DNA of 39,597 nt from a bacterium. GTDB lineage: Bacteria > Zhuqueibacterota > Zhuqueibacteria > Oceanimicrobiales > Oceanimicrobiaceae. The position numbers and the translations under genes are program-made. How positions within the stretch are numbered: position 1 is the stretch's first letter; each line of letters opens with the position of its first letter. Where the stretch lies: contig JBHHXT010000028.1 of assembly GCA_046757165.1 (NCBI GenBank), forward strand, positions 1-39,597, read 5' to 3'. The notes beneath the pieces were generated by a model, which did not search any database, was not told where the DNA came from, and worked only from the letters and a program-made list of their open reading frames with translations. Shown here in pieces: positions 25,372-33,906 of this stretch.

Positions 25372-27333
25372 CTAAAGTGTTTGCGCTGCCAGGCTCCTTC
25401 CTTTCACCGTGTCAAGCGCTTTGGCCAGGAACTCCGTGTCGCCGTCATGCACATGCCGGAGCCACAACTCCAGCAACACAAACCCCCAGATACGGCGATA
25501 TGTGATGTCACTGGTCAGGAACGTGCGCTTCAGCCGGTCAATTTCGTCGTAGCGGAACATGCCGCGCGCTTCGACGACCTCGCGCGACAACACAAACTCG
25601 ACGAGCGGATAGAGCTCCTTGCGCAGCCAGATGGCAAACGGAAAATTGAACCCGAGCTTTTTGCGCTCCACCACTTCCGTGGGCAGCAGACCACGCACAC
25701 TTTCGACAAAAATATATTTTGTTGTGCCGTGCTTTAGCTTGAGGTGGGCAGGAATCCCACTGGCATATTCGACCAGTTTGTGGTCGATGAGTGGCACGCG
25801 CGTTTCCAGAGCAAAGGTCATACTCATGGCATCGACATCTCGCATGAGAATGTCACCCAGGTGCGTTTTCAAGTCCAGGTAGGAGACCTTGTTTATCGGC
25901 TCCACCTCTGCCGGCACTTTGCCACAGTAGTCTTCGTAAATTGCAAACGTGTTTGCGCCATTCAGCCGGCTGGCGAAATCCTCTGTATAAACCCGTCGTT
26001 TCTCCTCTTCATAAAGCTCCATGCGAATGCGGGCGTACTTGTTGACAAACGAACCGTAATCGCCCAGAAAACGGTTGAACTTCTGAAGGGTGTCCAGCGA
26101 GCGCACGCGTTGGGGCAGCCGCTGCACAGAACCGGCGATGGTGCTGCGCACAAAGGGTGGCAGTCGTTCCCATTTTGCATCCCGCCGCATGAACTTGTCG
26201 ACCAGCGCAAAAGAGTTGTAGCCGGCAAAGAGCTCATCGCCGCCCTGACCGCACAAAACCACGGTGACATCCCTGGCGGCCAGCTCGGAGACAAAGTAGC
26301 TGTTGATGGCATCACTGGAAGGCTGGTCGAGATAGGTGAGAAACCCCGGCAAACGCGACAAAACATCCGCGGCCGTCACCGTGATACACTTATGGTCCGT
26401 GCCAAATCTTTTCGAGACCAGATTGGCATAGTATGTGTCGTCATAGCTTGCGCCGCCGACGTCGTAGCCGATCGAAAACGTCTGCACAGGCTGGCTCGAG
26501 ACCTGGCTCATGACTGCCACAATGGCGCTGGAATCGATGCCGCCGCTGAGAAACGCGCCCAGAGGGACATCGCTCATCATGCGCATTTCAACAGATTCCC
26601 ACACCAGATCGCGAACCTTCTTTTTGGCCGTTTCCTCATCCTCCATTGCGTGCGGTTGATGCGGAATGTCCCAGTAGCACGAGACTTTCACCTGGCCATC
26701 TGCAATCTCCAGAGTGTGACCGCCCGGCAACGTGTAGACGTTTTCGTAAATCGTCATGGGCACGGGAATGGCCTGCAGGGAAAGATAGTGGTGGATGGCT
26801 TCGTAGTTCAGCTTCTTTTCGACCAGGCCGGAGGCGATGAGTGCTTTGATCTCGGAGGCGAACAAAAAGGTGTCGCCAACGAGCGTGTAATAGAACGGCT
26901 TGATCCGCAACCGGTCCACCGCCGCAAAAAACCGGTTTTGCCGTTCGTCCCAGATGGCAAAAGAAAACATGCCGCGAAGATGGTCGACGCACTTCTCACC
27001 ATACGCCTCGTAGGCATGCACAATCGTTTCGGTGTCACAGTTGCTGCGAAAGAGGTGACCTCTGGCTTTGAGCCCTTCGCTAACGCTCTTGTAATTGTAG
27101 ATTTCACCATTGAATGTAATCCAGACCGTCTCGTCCTCGTTGCACATCGGCTGGTGGCCGGCCTGCGACAGGTCGATAATGCTGAGACGTCTATGGCCCA
27201 GGCCCGCTCTGCCCTTTATGTAGAATCCTTCATCATCCGGCCCGCGGTGCTTGATGATGTTGGTCATATCGCGCAGCATACGTATGTCGACCGGCGTCTC
27301 GTCAAGATTTATGATACCAGCAATTCCGCACAT
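25372..27333 (-). CDS. asnB: Asparagine synthase (glutamine-hydrolysing)-type amidotransferase, probably sugar amidation
   Basis: N-terminal MCGIAG (Ntn Cys), HRGPDDEG, HRRLSIID, FNGEIYN, FLSGGIDSS and GGDELFAGY. Confidence 0.93.
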   Translation of the reverse strand: MCGIAGIINLDETPVDIRMLRDMTNIIKHRGPDDEGFYIKGRAGLGHRRLSIIDLSQAGHQPMCNEDETVWITFNGEIYNYKSVSEGLKARGHLFRSNCDTETIVHAYEAYGEKCVDHLRGMFSFAIWDERQNRFFAAVDRLRIKPFYYTLVGDTFLFASEIKALIASGLVEKKLNYEAIHHYLSLQAIPVPMTIYENVYTLPGGHTLEIADGQVKVSCYWDIPHQPHAMEDEETAKKKVRDLVWESVEMRMMSDVPLGAFLSGGIDSSAIVAVMSQVSSQPVQTFSIGYDVGGASYDDTYYANLVSKRFGTDHKCITVTAADVLSRLPGFLTYLDQPSSDAINSYFVSELAARDVTVVLCGQGGDELFAGYNSFALVDKFMRRDAKWERLPPFVRSTIAGSVQRLPQRVRSLDTLQKFNRFLGDYGSFVNKYARIRMELYEEEKRRVYTEDFASRLNGANTFAIYEDYCGKVPAEVEPINKVSYLDLKTHLGDILMRDVDAMSMTFALETRVPLIDHKLVEYASGIPAHLKLKHGTTKYIFVESVRGLLPTEVVERKKLGFNFPFAIWLRKELYPLVEFVLSREVVEARGMFRYDEIDRLKRTFLTSDITYRRIWGFVLLELWLRHVHDGDTEFLAKALDTVKGRSLAAQTL

Positions 27334-27370
27334 GGTCTCTTCCAGTCAAGTCCTATAGGCGCTTACAAAA

Positions 27371-27480
27371 AATTATCTACCAAAGTGTTGTCGATAATTT
27401 GGAGAAATGGAGTATTGGAGTGATGGAGCATTGGCTGGCTGAAAATCCATCACTCCAATACTCCATTTCTCCAATACTCA
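27371..27480. repeat. Composite palindromic element, copy 1: 29-bp dyad cap plus long hairpin of 8-bp tggagt-type units
   Basis: aattatctaccaaagtgttgtcgataatt, then a perfect 29-bp inverted repeat (27399-27427 / 27446-27474) with an 18-nt loop. Second copy at 33631. Confidence 0.9.
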
Positions 27481-27569
27481 TTTTTGCGGCCTCGCCGCGT
27501 CATGTCTTCGACCGTGATCCCTCCTAAAAACGACTGTTTCAGTATAACTCACTGTTTCAAGAATTACAT

Positions 27570-29012
27570 TTATGAAATAGCGATCTTACCTGGTCCCTTC
27601 GCCAGCTTTTTGATGAAGTTGATTTCTTCACGCGTGAAGTATCGCGTCAAGACCATCAGCGTGCCTATCACCAGCAGGGATGAAGGCACAATGATAACCA
27701 GGCTAACTTCTGAAATCGCAACAATATATAGTATCGTCAAAAATGAGATAATGATAATCTTTGGAGCCAGCTTAAGCAGAGGCGGCTTGACCAACTGCTT
27801 CGATAAGTACACGCTGTGAAACCCGAACGTGAATAATTCGGATGCTATCGTAGCAAATGCTGCGCCATAGAGACTGTACCTGGGGATGAGCGCGAAGTTG
27901 AGAAGGATGTTCAAGACAGCGCTGACGGCCACCACCTTGGCCGTAAAACTCTGGTGGTTGGAGGCACGGGTCGTGTGAGTTTGCACCGTGCCCACAAAAA
28001 TGATGGCGTTAGACCAGACAAGAATCTTCAAGGCCCCGGCGGCCGGCAGAAATTCCTCCCCCCACATGAGCAAGATAATGCGATCGGCGGTCGCATAAAC
28101 CAGAGACGCCAGCGAAAAACCGACCAGCAGCATGACCTTGAAACTGCGCTCGAACAGAGCCCGGAACTTCTCCATGGACTCGTTGAAATACTGCGACAAC
28201 GCCGGAAACACCACCTTCATCAACGCAACCGGAATGAACATCATGGCGTTGATCAGCCGGTAGGCCACGCCGTACCAGCCAGTCGTTTCATCATTGGTCA
28301 TGAACGACAACATCGTCGAGTCGACGTTGGTGTACAGAAGCGCGAAGAAGTAGAGGATGCCAAAGGTGAAGCTTTCGGTGCCCAGGTACTTGATGGTCGC
28401 AAAATCAAACCCGAGACGCAGTTTGACAAACCTGAACTGCATCACGCCGAGGCAGTAGAGCAGCCGCACCATCTGGGCCAGAAGGTAGACGCTACAGAGG
28501 ATGACGAAATTGTAGCCCATGAACAGCACCGTCAACCCCACTGCATTGACGACGGCCCCGAAGATCAAAGTCGCGATCACGTCGTAAGACATTCTTTGGT
28601 GCGCACGGAAAACAGACGCGAAGAACTCGGAAAAGGAGCCGGCGATCATTGCCCAGCCCATGAGGTGAACCGCGGCAACATCCGCTGACGGCTTGCCTGA
28701 GAAAGAGGTGATGAGATAGAGCAGTACAATCGTGACCGAAGCGAGGATGAGCTTGAGCGTCAGGCCGTTGGAGGTGAGGTGCTGGCTCTTGCTTCTGTCG
28801 CGGGAAATATCGCGCACCAGGAGCTGATGGACCCCAAAATCTGCCAGAATAAGAAACAGATTGGTGTACATGATGGCGAAGTGGAACTTGCCGTAAGCAG
28901 CGTCCCCGAGGAGACGCGGAGCGAACAGAACGAGCAGTAGACGCAGGATACGGTCTGCGACCTCGCCTCCCAAAACCAGTGCAGAGTTCGACAGGATTTT
29001 GCGAAAGCTCAT
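27570..29012 (-). CDS. wzx: Wzx-type polysaccharide flippase (MOP superfamily)
   Basis: 480 aa, hydrophobic throughout. Motifs RLLGDAAYG, ADFG, VDSTML, GWYGVAYRL and LNFALIPRYSLYGAAFAT. Confidence 0.88.
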   Translation of the reverse strand: MSFRKILSNSALVLGGEVADRILRLLLVLFAPRLLGDAAYGKFHFAIMYTNLFLILADFGVHQLLVRDISRDRSKSQHLTSNGLTLKLILASVTIVLLYLITSFSGKPSADVAAVHLMGWAMIAGSFSEFFASVFRAHQRMSYDVIATLIFGAVVNAVGLTVLFMGYNFVILCSVYLLAQMVRLLYCLGVMQFRFVKLRLGFDFATIKYLGTESFTFGILYFFALLYTNVDSTMLSFMTNDETTGWYGVAYRLINAMMFIPVALMKVVFPALSQYFNESMEKFRALFERSFKVMLLVGFSLASLVYATADRIILLMWGEEFLPAAGALKILVWSNAIIFVGTVQTHTTRASNHQSFTAKVVAVSAVLNILLNFALIPRYSLYGAAFATIASELFTFGFHSVYLSKQLVKPPLLKLAPKIIIISFLTILYIVAISEVSLVIIVPSSLLVIGTLMVLTRYFTREEINFIKKLAKGPGKIAIS

Positions 29013-29138
29013 GATACTATTCTATCGCACAAATCAAGCAAGAAATTGATTGAAGAATGAGGCAGGGAAATGGCAGCAGTGACCTCGGGGTGCAACGAAG
29101 GTGAGCATTGGCAGAAAGTCTCGATGGGGTTCCCTCCC

Positions 29139-30398
29139 TTAGTTTTCAGCCAGAACAGGCGTCCTTTTGCTTAGTTCTTGATACCAATCATACATTTTAT
29201 TGTAGTGCACTTCCGGGTCGAACTCGCGCTCTGCTTTGGCGCGCGCTGCTTTACCAAACCGCACGGCCAGCTGGGGATTCTCCCACAGTTTTGCCATGCA
29301 CGCGCTTAATTCGTCGACCGCTCCGGCGGCAAAGTGGTAGCCGTTCTGCTCGTGGTCGACCAGCTCCGGCATGCCTCCCATTTTCGAGCAAATGACCGGC
29401 TTGCCATAGGCAAAGGATTCGTAAATCACCAGCGGCGAATTGTCATGCCACTCCGACGGCACGATCACCACCCGCGCGTTCTTGACCAGTCCTTCCAGCT
29501 CCTGTCCGGATTTCAGTCCGAGAAACTCGACGTTGTCCAAATGGTTTTCACTGACAAAGGCCTCGAGCTTTGGCCGCTGGGGCCCGTCGCCGACGATGTA
29601 CAGGGGCGCAGCCGCGTAAGACTTCACAGCTTCGAGTAATGTCAGAATGCCTTTCTCATCTGCAAGACGGCCGAAATAGAGCAGGTAGTTGCCTGCACAA
29701 AAATGCGGCGTAAAATCCGCCATGTTTATCGCATAAAAAAGGTGCCGCACCTTGCCTTCGCCGACGCCAGCTTCTTTGAACTTCCTGCCCATAAAATGGC
29801 TGGGCACATGGAAGAGGTCGATGTGCTTTTCGTAAATGCGGGTGAGGCGATGGAGCGTGCTTTCCACAGCGATGAGCAAGCTTGCAACGGTGGAGTCCTT
29901 GTGGCACCCCTCGGCGATGGGGTGCAGCAAGTTGCCGCCGAGGCATTTCTCACAAACCTTGCCTGTAGACGGATTGTACAACCGGTAGTTCGGACAAACG
30001 AGCTTGTACTGGTGCACCGTTTGAATCACCGGGATGTCATATTTCTTCAGCGCGTGCAGAATGGACGGCGAAAGCTGGTGGTCGATCATGTGCAGGTGCG
30101 CCAGGTCCGGCCGGGTCGCCTCGATGAGCCGCTCCATTTGTTGCCGTGCTTCCAATGAATAGATCATGCGGCCAGAAGCTTTGAACAGGGTCGCCAGCTT
30201 GCCGGCGATGGCATGGCCATTGTATTCGATGTTCGAGGGGAAGAACGGCTCGTACTCGGTCTCGAAGTTGTCCGGATGGCGCATGGAAAACGGAATGATC
30301 TCATGCCCGTTGGCCTGCAACACCTTCGATAGCTCGAACATGTAACGCTCAGCCCCCCCTTTGACAAAATAGTATTTGTCTACCATCAGAATCTTCAT
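29139..30398 (-). CDS. GT4 family glycosyltransferase
   Basis: Motifs MKILMV..GGAE, HQYKLVCP, CEKC, YFGRLADEKG and PSEWHDNSPLVIYES. Start overlaps the upstream stop (ATGA). Confidence 0.9.
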   Translation of the reverse strand: MKILMVDKYYFVKGGAERYMFELSKVLQANGHEIIPFSMRHPDNFETEYEPFFPSNIEYNGHAIAGKLATLFKASGRMIYSLEARQQMERLIEATRPDLAHLHMIDHQLSPSILHALKKYDIPVIQTVHQYKLVCPNYRLYNPSTGKVCEKCLGGNLLHPIAEGCHKDSTVASLLIAVESTLHRLTRIYEKHIDLFHVPSHFMGRKFKEAGVGEGKVRHLFYAINMADFTPHFCAGNYLLYFGRLADEKGILTLLEAVKSYAAAPLYIVGDGPQRPKLEAFVSENHLDNVEFLGLKSGQELEGLVKNARVVIVPSEWHDNSPLVIYESFAYGKPVICSKMGGMPELVDHEQNGYHFAAGAVDELSACMAKLWENPQLAVRFGKAARAKAEREFDPEVHYNKMYDWYQELSKRTPVLAEN

Positions 30399-31750
30399 GT
30401 GCGTCGCATCCCATGTTCAGGTGAAGCAATTTGCCCATTGGGCGCGCGGGCCACGTTGGGGATAGGCTCTCGCATCATGCCTCGCTGCTCCATCATCTGC
30501 TTCTTTCTTTTGGCCATTTTGAGTTCGAGGATCTTGATTCTCCGCAATGAAAAAGTGATGCCTGCCAGGGCCCAGAACACCAGTTTGATGCGATAGTGCT
30601 GGTACTCTGGCCCGATGTTGATCGCGACGATAAATGAAATGAGGCCGCAAAACACACCGATGGCCACGGCATTGATAAAGCTGTCTTTGACCAGGCTATT
30701 GCGGTAGGCCTCGCGTAGAAAAACGAGAAGCAAGGCCGTAAAGAGGATGGCGCCCGGAATTCCGAGCTCTGCGGCAAATCGGAGAAATTCATTGTGCACC
30801 GGATGCCAAAAATTAAAGTCGTCGAATGAGTGCCACTGGTAATTATTGAGGCCAACGCCCAGGAAGGGATGTGATTTGATAATCGGAATCGCAATATCGA
30901 TCATGCGTGACCGGAAGCGGCCGTCGGCGCCATGTTCGAAGCGATACATGATCGTGTCCCAGTTAGCGGCGGCGATGATCGCGGCTGCAATCATCACGGC
31001 ACCGATGGAGACGAAAAACTTCGGTTTCAGCTTTCCGCGCCTGAATAGTAAAATCACAAAGATAACCATCGAGATCAAAAAGCCGGCCCAGGAAGAACGG
31101 GAGAGCGAAAGGAAAAGGGCCATGATGCCAAACCCGGAGATGGCAATCAGCAGCAATTTGTACAACGAGCGCTTCACGAACATCGCCATACTGATGGCCA
31201 ACGGCAGGAGCAAAATGAGCACGGCGCCATATCTGTTTGGATACGCCAGGGTGCCGCGGGCGCGGGAATCGATCTTGTGCATGGATATCTGCCGTTCTCC
31301 CAGGAAACCCAGTCCCAGGGTCCGTCCCATGACCTTTTGCATGGTGCCGATCACGCCCTGCACCAGCAGAGACAGGAGCACCATGTTGACGACAAACATC
31401 AAATCGCTCTTGGTGCGGATGTTGTTGACCAGATACAGGTAGAGGAAAAAGGATTTCAGTGCAAAGTAAATCCCGACCCCACTGGCGTGCAGGGCAATAG
31501 CCGAACTCATGGAGAAGATGCTCCAGACGACCATGAGCAGGCCAAAGACGGCCAGCCCGCCCATACGAAACCGGATGGTCGAGAACAGGTTGGTGCGGTA
31601 GATCCAGACCAGATAGAGGCAGGTCATCCAGATATCGACGATGAGCACTAGGTCGGCGCTCATGACCCCGTCGAAAAAAGCACCCGTTCCCAGTGGCATG
31701 GAAAAAAGGGTAGCGCCCAGGAAAAACTTTTCAACCTTTCTTAGTGACAC
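30395..31750 (-). CDS. O-antigen ligase / Wzy polymerase-family membrane protein
   Basis: GTG start with ggagg SD. Multi-TM. Motifs RARGTLAYPN, SLSRSSW, HPFLGVG, PVHNEFL and AELGIPG. Confidence 0.85.
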   Translation of the reverse strand: MSLRKVEKFFLGATLFSMPLGTGAFFDGVMSADLVLIVDIWMTCLYLVWIYRTNLFSTIRFRMGGLAVFGLLMVVWSIFSMSSAIALHASGVGIYFALKSFFLYLYLVNNIRTKSDLMFVVNMVLLSLLVQGVIGTMQKVMGRTLGLGFLGERQISMHKIDSRARGTLAYPNRYGAVLILLLPLAISMAMFVKRSLYKLLLIAISGFGIMALFLSLSRSSWAGFLISMVIFVILLFRRGKLKPKFFVSIGAVMIAAAIIAAANWDTIMYRFEHGADGRFRSRMIDIAIPIIKSHPFLGVGLNNYQWHSFDDFNFWHPVHNEFLRFAAELGIPGAILFTALLLVFLREAYRNSLVKDSFINAVAIGVFCGLISFIVAINIGPEYQHYRIKLVFWALAGITFSLRRIKILELKMAKRKKQMMEQRGMMREPIPNVARAPNGQIASPEHGMRRT

Positions 31751-31778
31751 GTCACGCCTCCAATTGCCTTAAGCTCTT

Positions 31779-33533
31779 TCAAAGGTTTGAAATCTCATCG
31801 TCCACCGCTCCGGTTCCTGAACTTTTGGCAGGTTCGGTGAGCCTGTAGATCACTGTGGCCAGCCCGGCCTCATCCACATCTTTATACACCAGTTCCAGGT
31901 ACGGCGAGCTGCCTTCCCCGGACAACAGGAACGCGAGCTGCGGATAATCCTGCACATACCTTTCGTTCAGAACCAGATGCGTCACATTGCGATGCCTGGC
32001 ATACGTCAGCACCCGCTCAACCCGGTTGGTCGGGATGGTCACGGATTCCTTGATATCGTAGTTGCCGGCATAAAAATCTACCGCGTGGTTGCGGCTCATG
32101 ATCACCGGTGTGGTTGAGGTGTGTTGCTTCAACCATTCTCCGGCCCTTTTCTGCTCGACGGCGTCTGCGGCATAATCGGGCGAATTCGGCGCTCTCGAAA
32201 CGACTCTGCCGAATTCAGGCAGAAAACTCAGGCCGGTAAAAATCACCAGGACAAGCGCACCGGCCAGAGCGCTTGCGTTCAGTTTCTTTCGCCGGCTTAG
32301 CCGGGTCACGGGCATGTAGCGGCTCAACCATCCGTGTATATGAATAATACCTTTAGCGATGAAAATTGCGCAAATCGGCCACACCGGGCTCAGGTAACGC
32401 AGGTGAATGTGAAACACCGGAATCAAGATGAGCCAAAAGAAGGCCAGAAAACTCACCAGGTAGAGCAGCATCTTCCCCTGCTGCACCTGCCACATCGTTC
32501 CGAGAAGGCCGACCGCAAAGGCGAGCATGGGCAGTGTGGTCAAAAACTGCGGGATGGCTCGGCTCATCATGTCGGCAAGATTTTTCATCACTTTGACGAC
32601 AAACGGGCCTAACTTCACCTGACGGACTGGCTTCGCCCCGCCATTGGTAGCCTGCAAGAATGTCCCTTGATGAAACACCTGATCAATGGGGACCGTGGTA
32701 TTCGAGACATCGAGCGACCTGAAGGAGCTCTCCTGCCCCTTCAGCGGGGTCGACATCTGCTGGTTGGCCGCCCCTTTGGCGCTGAGTGTCCACGTCCCCG
32801 TACTTTGCTCGAGAAACACCAGGTACGGAGCGGCGACCGCGACGAACCCAGCGACAAGAGCGGGCACGAGATAGACCAGTCGCAAGCGCCGGATCGGGAA
32901 AAGTCTCGAAAAGCTGCCGAATAGAATCCAGCCAGCCAACACCGCCAGGAATCCCAGTGCGAGCGGATGCGCCAGATAGGCCAACCCGGCAAACAAGCCG
33001 GCAAAGCAGGCGTAGCCGACCGAATACCGCCTGAGCATCATCAAGCCGAAAAGCACCGCCAGCGCGCCGAGCAACATGACCAGCGACTCCGTCAGGATCT
33101 GTGTATTGCGAAAAGCGATGGGCGGGAAAATAGCCATGAAGCCGGCGGCGATAACACCGATTTTCTGGTCGTAGACCGTTTTGGCCAGAAAATAGACCGG
33201 GATGAGGACCAGCACGCCGGCCAAAACTGAGACCATGCGGGCGCCCAGCTCATAGTCCGGGAACCAGCCGCAGAAGAGTTTGATGAAGGCCGGCAACAGC
33301 GGAGACCAGTAGGTGTGCAGAATCCCGGACCAGCCATGCAGGGCACCACTGACACCGAGTTTCAGGTAGTTGACTTCATCGAAAGCAACGGCAAAGCGGT
33401 ACCTCAGAAAAAACAGCCTGAGCGCCAGGCCGGTGACACCCAGCAGCCAAAGTGCGGGTGCCGGCTTGATACGATCAAGCACATTGTCTTTTTGTGAATA
33501 TTTTCTAACTCCAGGCGAGTTGGCTAACGTCAT
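31779..33533 (-). CDS. GT-C membrane glycosyltransferase (ArnT/PMT_2-like)
   Basis: FDEVNY after the first TM helix, WSPLLP, LTESL and RYLSP. Many TM helices plus a periplasmic C-terminal domain. Confidence 0.8.
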   Translation of the reverse strand: MTLANSPGVRKYSQKDNVLDRIKPAPALWLLGVTGLALRLFFLRYRFAVAFDEVNYLKLGVSGALHGWSGILHTYWSPLLPAFIKLFCGWFPDYELGARMVSVLAGVLVLIPVYFLAKTVYDQKIGVIAAGFMAIFPPIAFRNTQILTESLVMLLGALAVLFGLMMLRRYSVGYACFAGLFAGLAYLAHPLALGFLAVLAGWILFGSFSRLFPIRRLRLVYLVPALVAGFVAVAAPYLVFLEQSTGTWTLSAKGAANQQMSTPLKGQESSFRSLDVSNTTVPIDQVFHQGTFLQATNGGAKPVRQVKLGPFVVKVMKNLADMMSRAIPQFLTTLPMLAFAVGLLGTMWQVQQGKMLLYLVSFLAFFWLILIPVFHIHLRYLSPVWPICAIFIAKGIIHIHGWLSRYMPVTRLSRRKKLNASALAGALVLVIFTGLSFLPEFGRVVSRAPNSPDYAADAVEQKRAGEWLKQHTSTTPVIMSRNHAVDFYAGNYDIKESVTIPTNRVERVLTYARHRNVTHLVLNERYVQDYPQLAFLLSGEGSSPYLELVYKDVDEAGLATVIYRLTEPAKSSGTGAVDDEISNL

Positions 33534-33558
33534 GGCGTGCGAGTCACTGCTGCTTCTT

Positions 33559-33590
33559 CAAAACTCAGTTTATTCGTGGCAATTCGTGGC
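33559..33590. repeat. 10-bp attcgtgNNa repeat, copy 1
   Basis: caaaactcagtttattcgtggcaattcgtggc. Same family and orientation as 37127-37169. Confidence 0.7.
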
Positions 33591-33594
33591 CAGA

Positions 33595-33622
33595 TGATCC
33601 AACACGGTCTGTGACCGTGTTT
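33595..33622 (+). repeat. 28-bp hairpin repeat, copy 3 (tgatccaacacggtctgtgaccgtgttt)
   Basis: Differs from copy 1 at one loop base. Stem aacacggtc/gaccgtgtt. Confidence 0.85.
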
Positions 33623-33630
33623 CCGTGTTT

Positions 33631-33785
33631 AATTATCTACCAAAGTGTTGACGATAATTTTGGGTAATGGAGTATTGGAGTATTGGGGTGATGGAGTGTT
33701 GGCTGGCTGAAAATCCATCACCCCAATACGCCATTGCTCCAGCTCTCCAACACTCCATTTCTCCATCACTCCAAAACTCCATTTC
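33631..33785. repeat. Composite palindromic element, copy 2
   Basis: aattatctaccaaagtgttgacgataatt cap, perfect 16-bp stem (33680-33695 / 33714-33729), the same ttggctggctgaaaa loop and extra 8-bp units on the right arm. Confidence 0.9.
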
Positions 33786-33906
33786 TTGCAAGCGCCGTCT
33801 TGCACGAAAAATAGACCGCTTATCCTTTGATTAACAGCGCCCGAACAGTTGCAAAATCCAAGCCACCCCAACTAAATGCCAGCGCGTGACATGGTTTCGC
33901 TGCACA

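Noticed and set aside
25744..27423. 559-aa plus-strand ORF
   Set aside because: It is antisense to asnB and has no recognisable motifs; a shadow ORF of GC-rich coding DNA. The same applies to other long antisense ORFs such as 7649-8707, 9163-10155, 17537-18463 and 21437-22432.
27570..27850. AT-rich 3' end of wzx as a foreign segment
   Set aside because: It is largely explainable by Ile/Phe/Leu-rich TM codons, and no junction signal is visible.
29013..29050. tagaat 6 nt upstream of the wzx ATG, suggesting a leaderless promoter
   Set aside because: There is no matching -35 or extended -10 element, so it cannot be supported from sequence alone.
27371..33785. Possible CRISPR array from the 29-nt dyad repeat or the 28-bp hairpin repeat
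   Set aside because: Copies are kilobases apart, there is no regular spacer pattern, and no cas genes are present.
33629..33871. 80-aa minus-strand ORF (WSFGVME... / ...QYSNTP)
   Set aside because: It is the translation of the 8-bp-unit palindromic repeat, not a credible protein.
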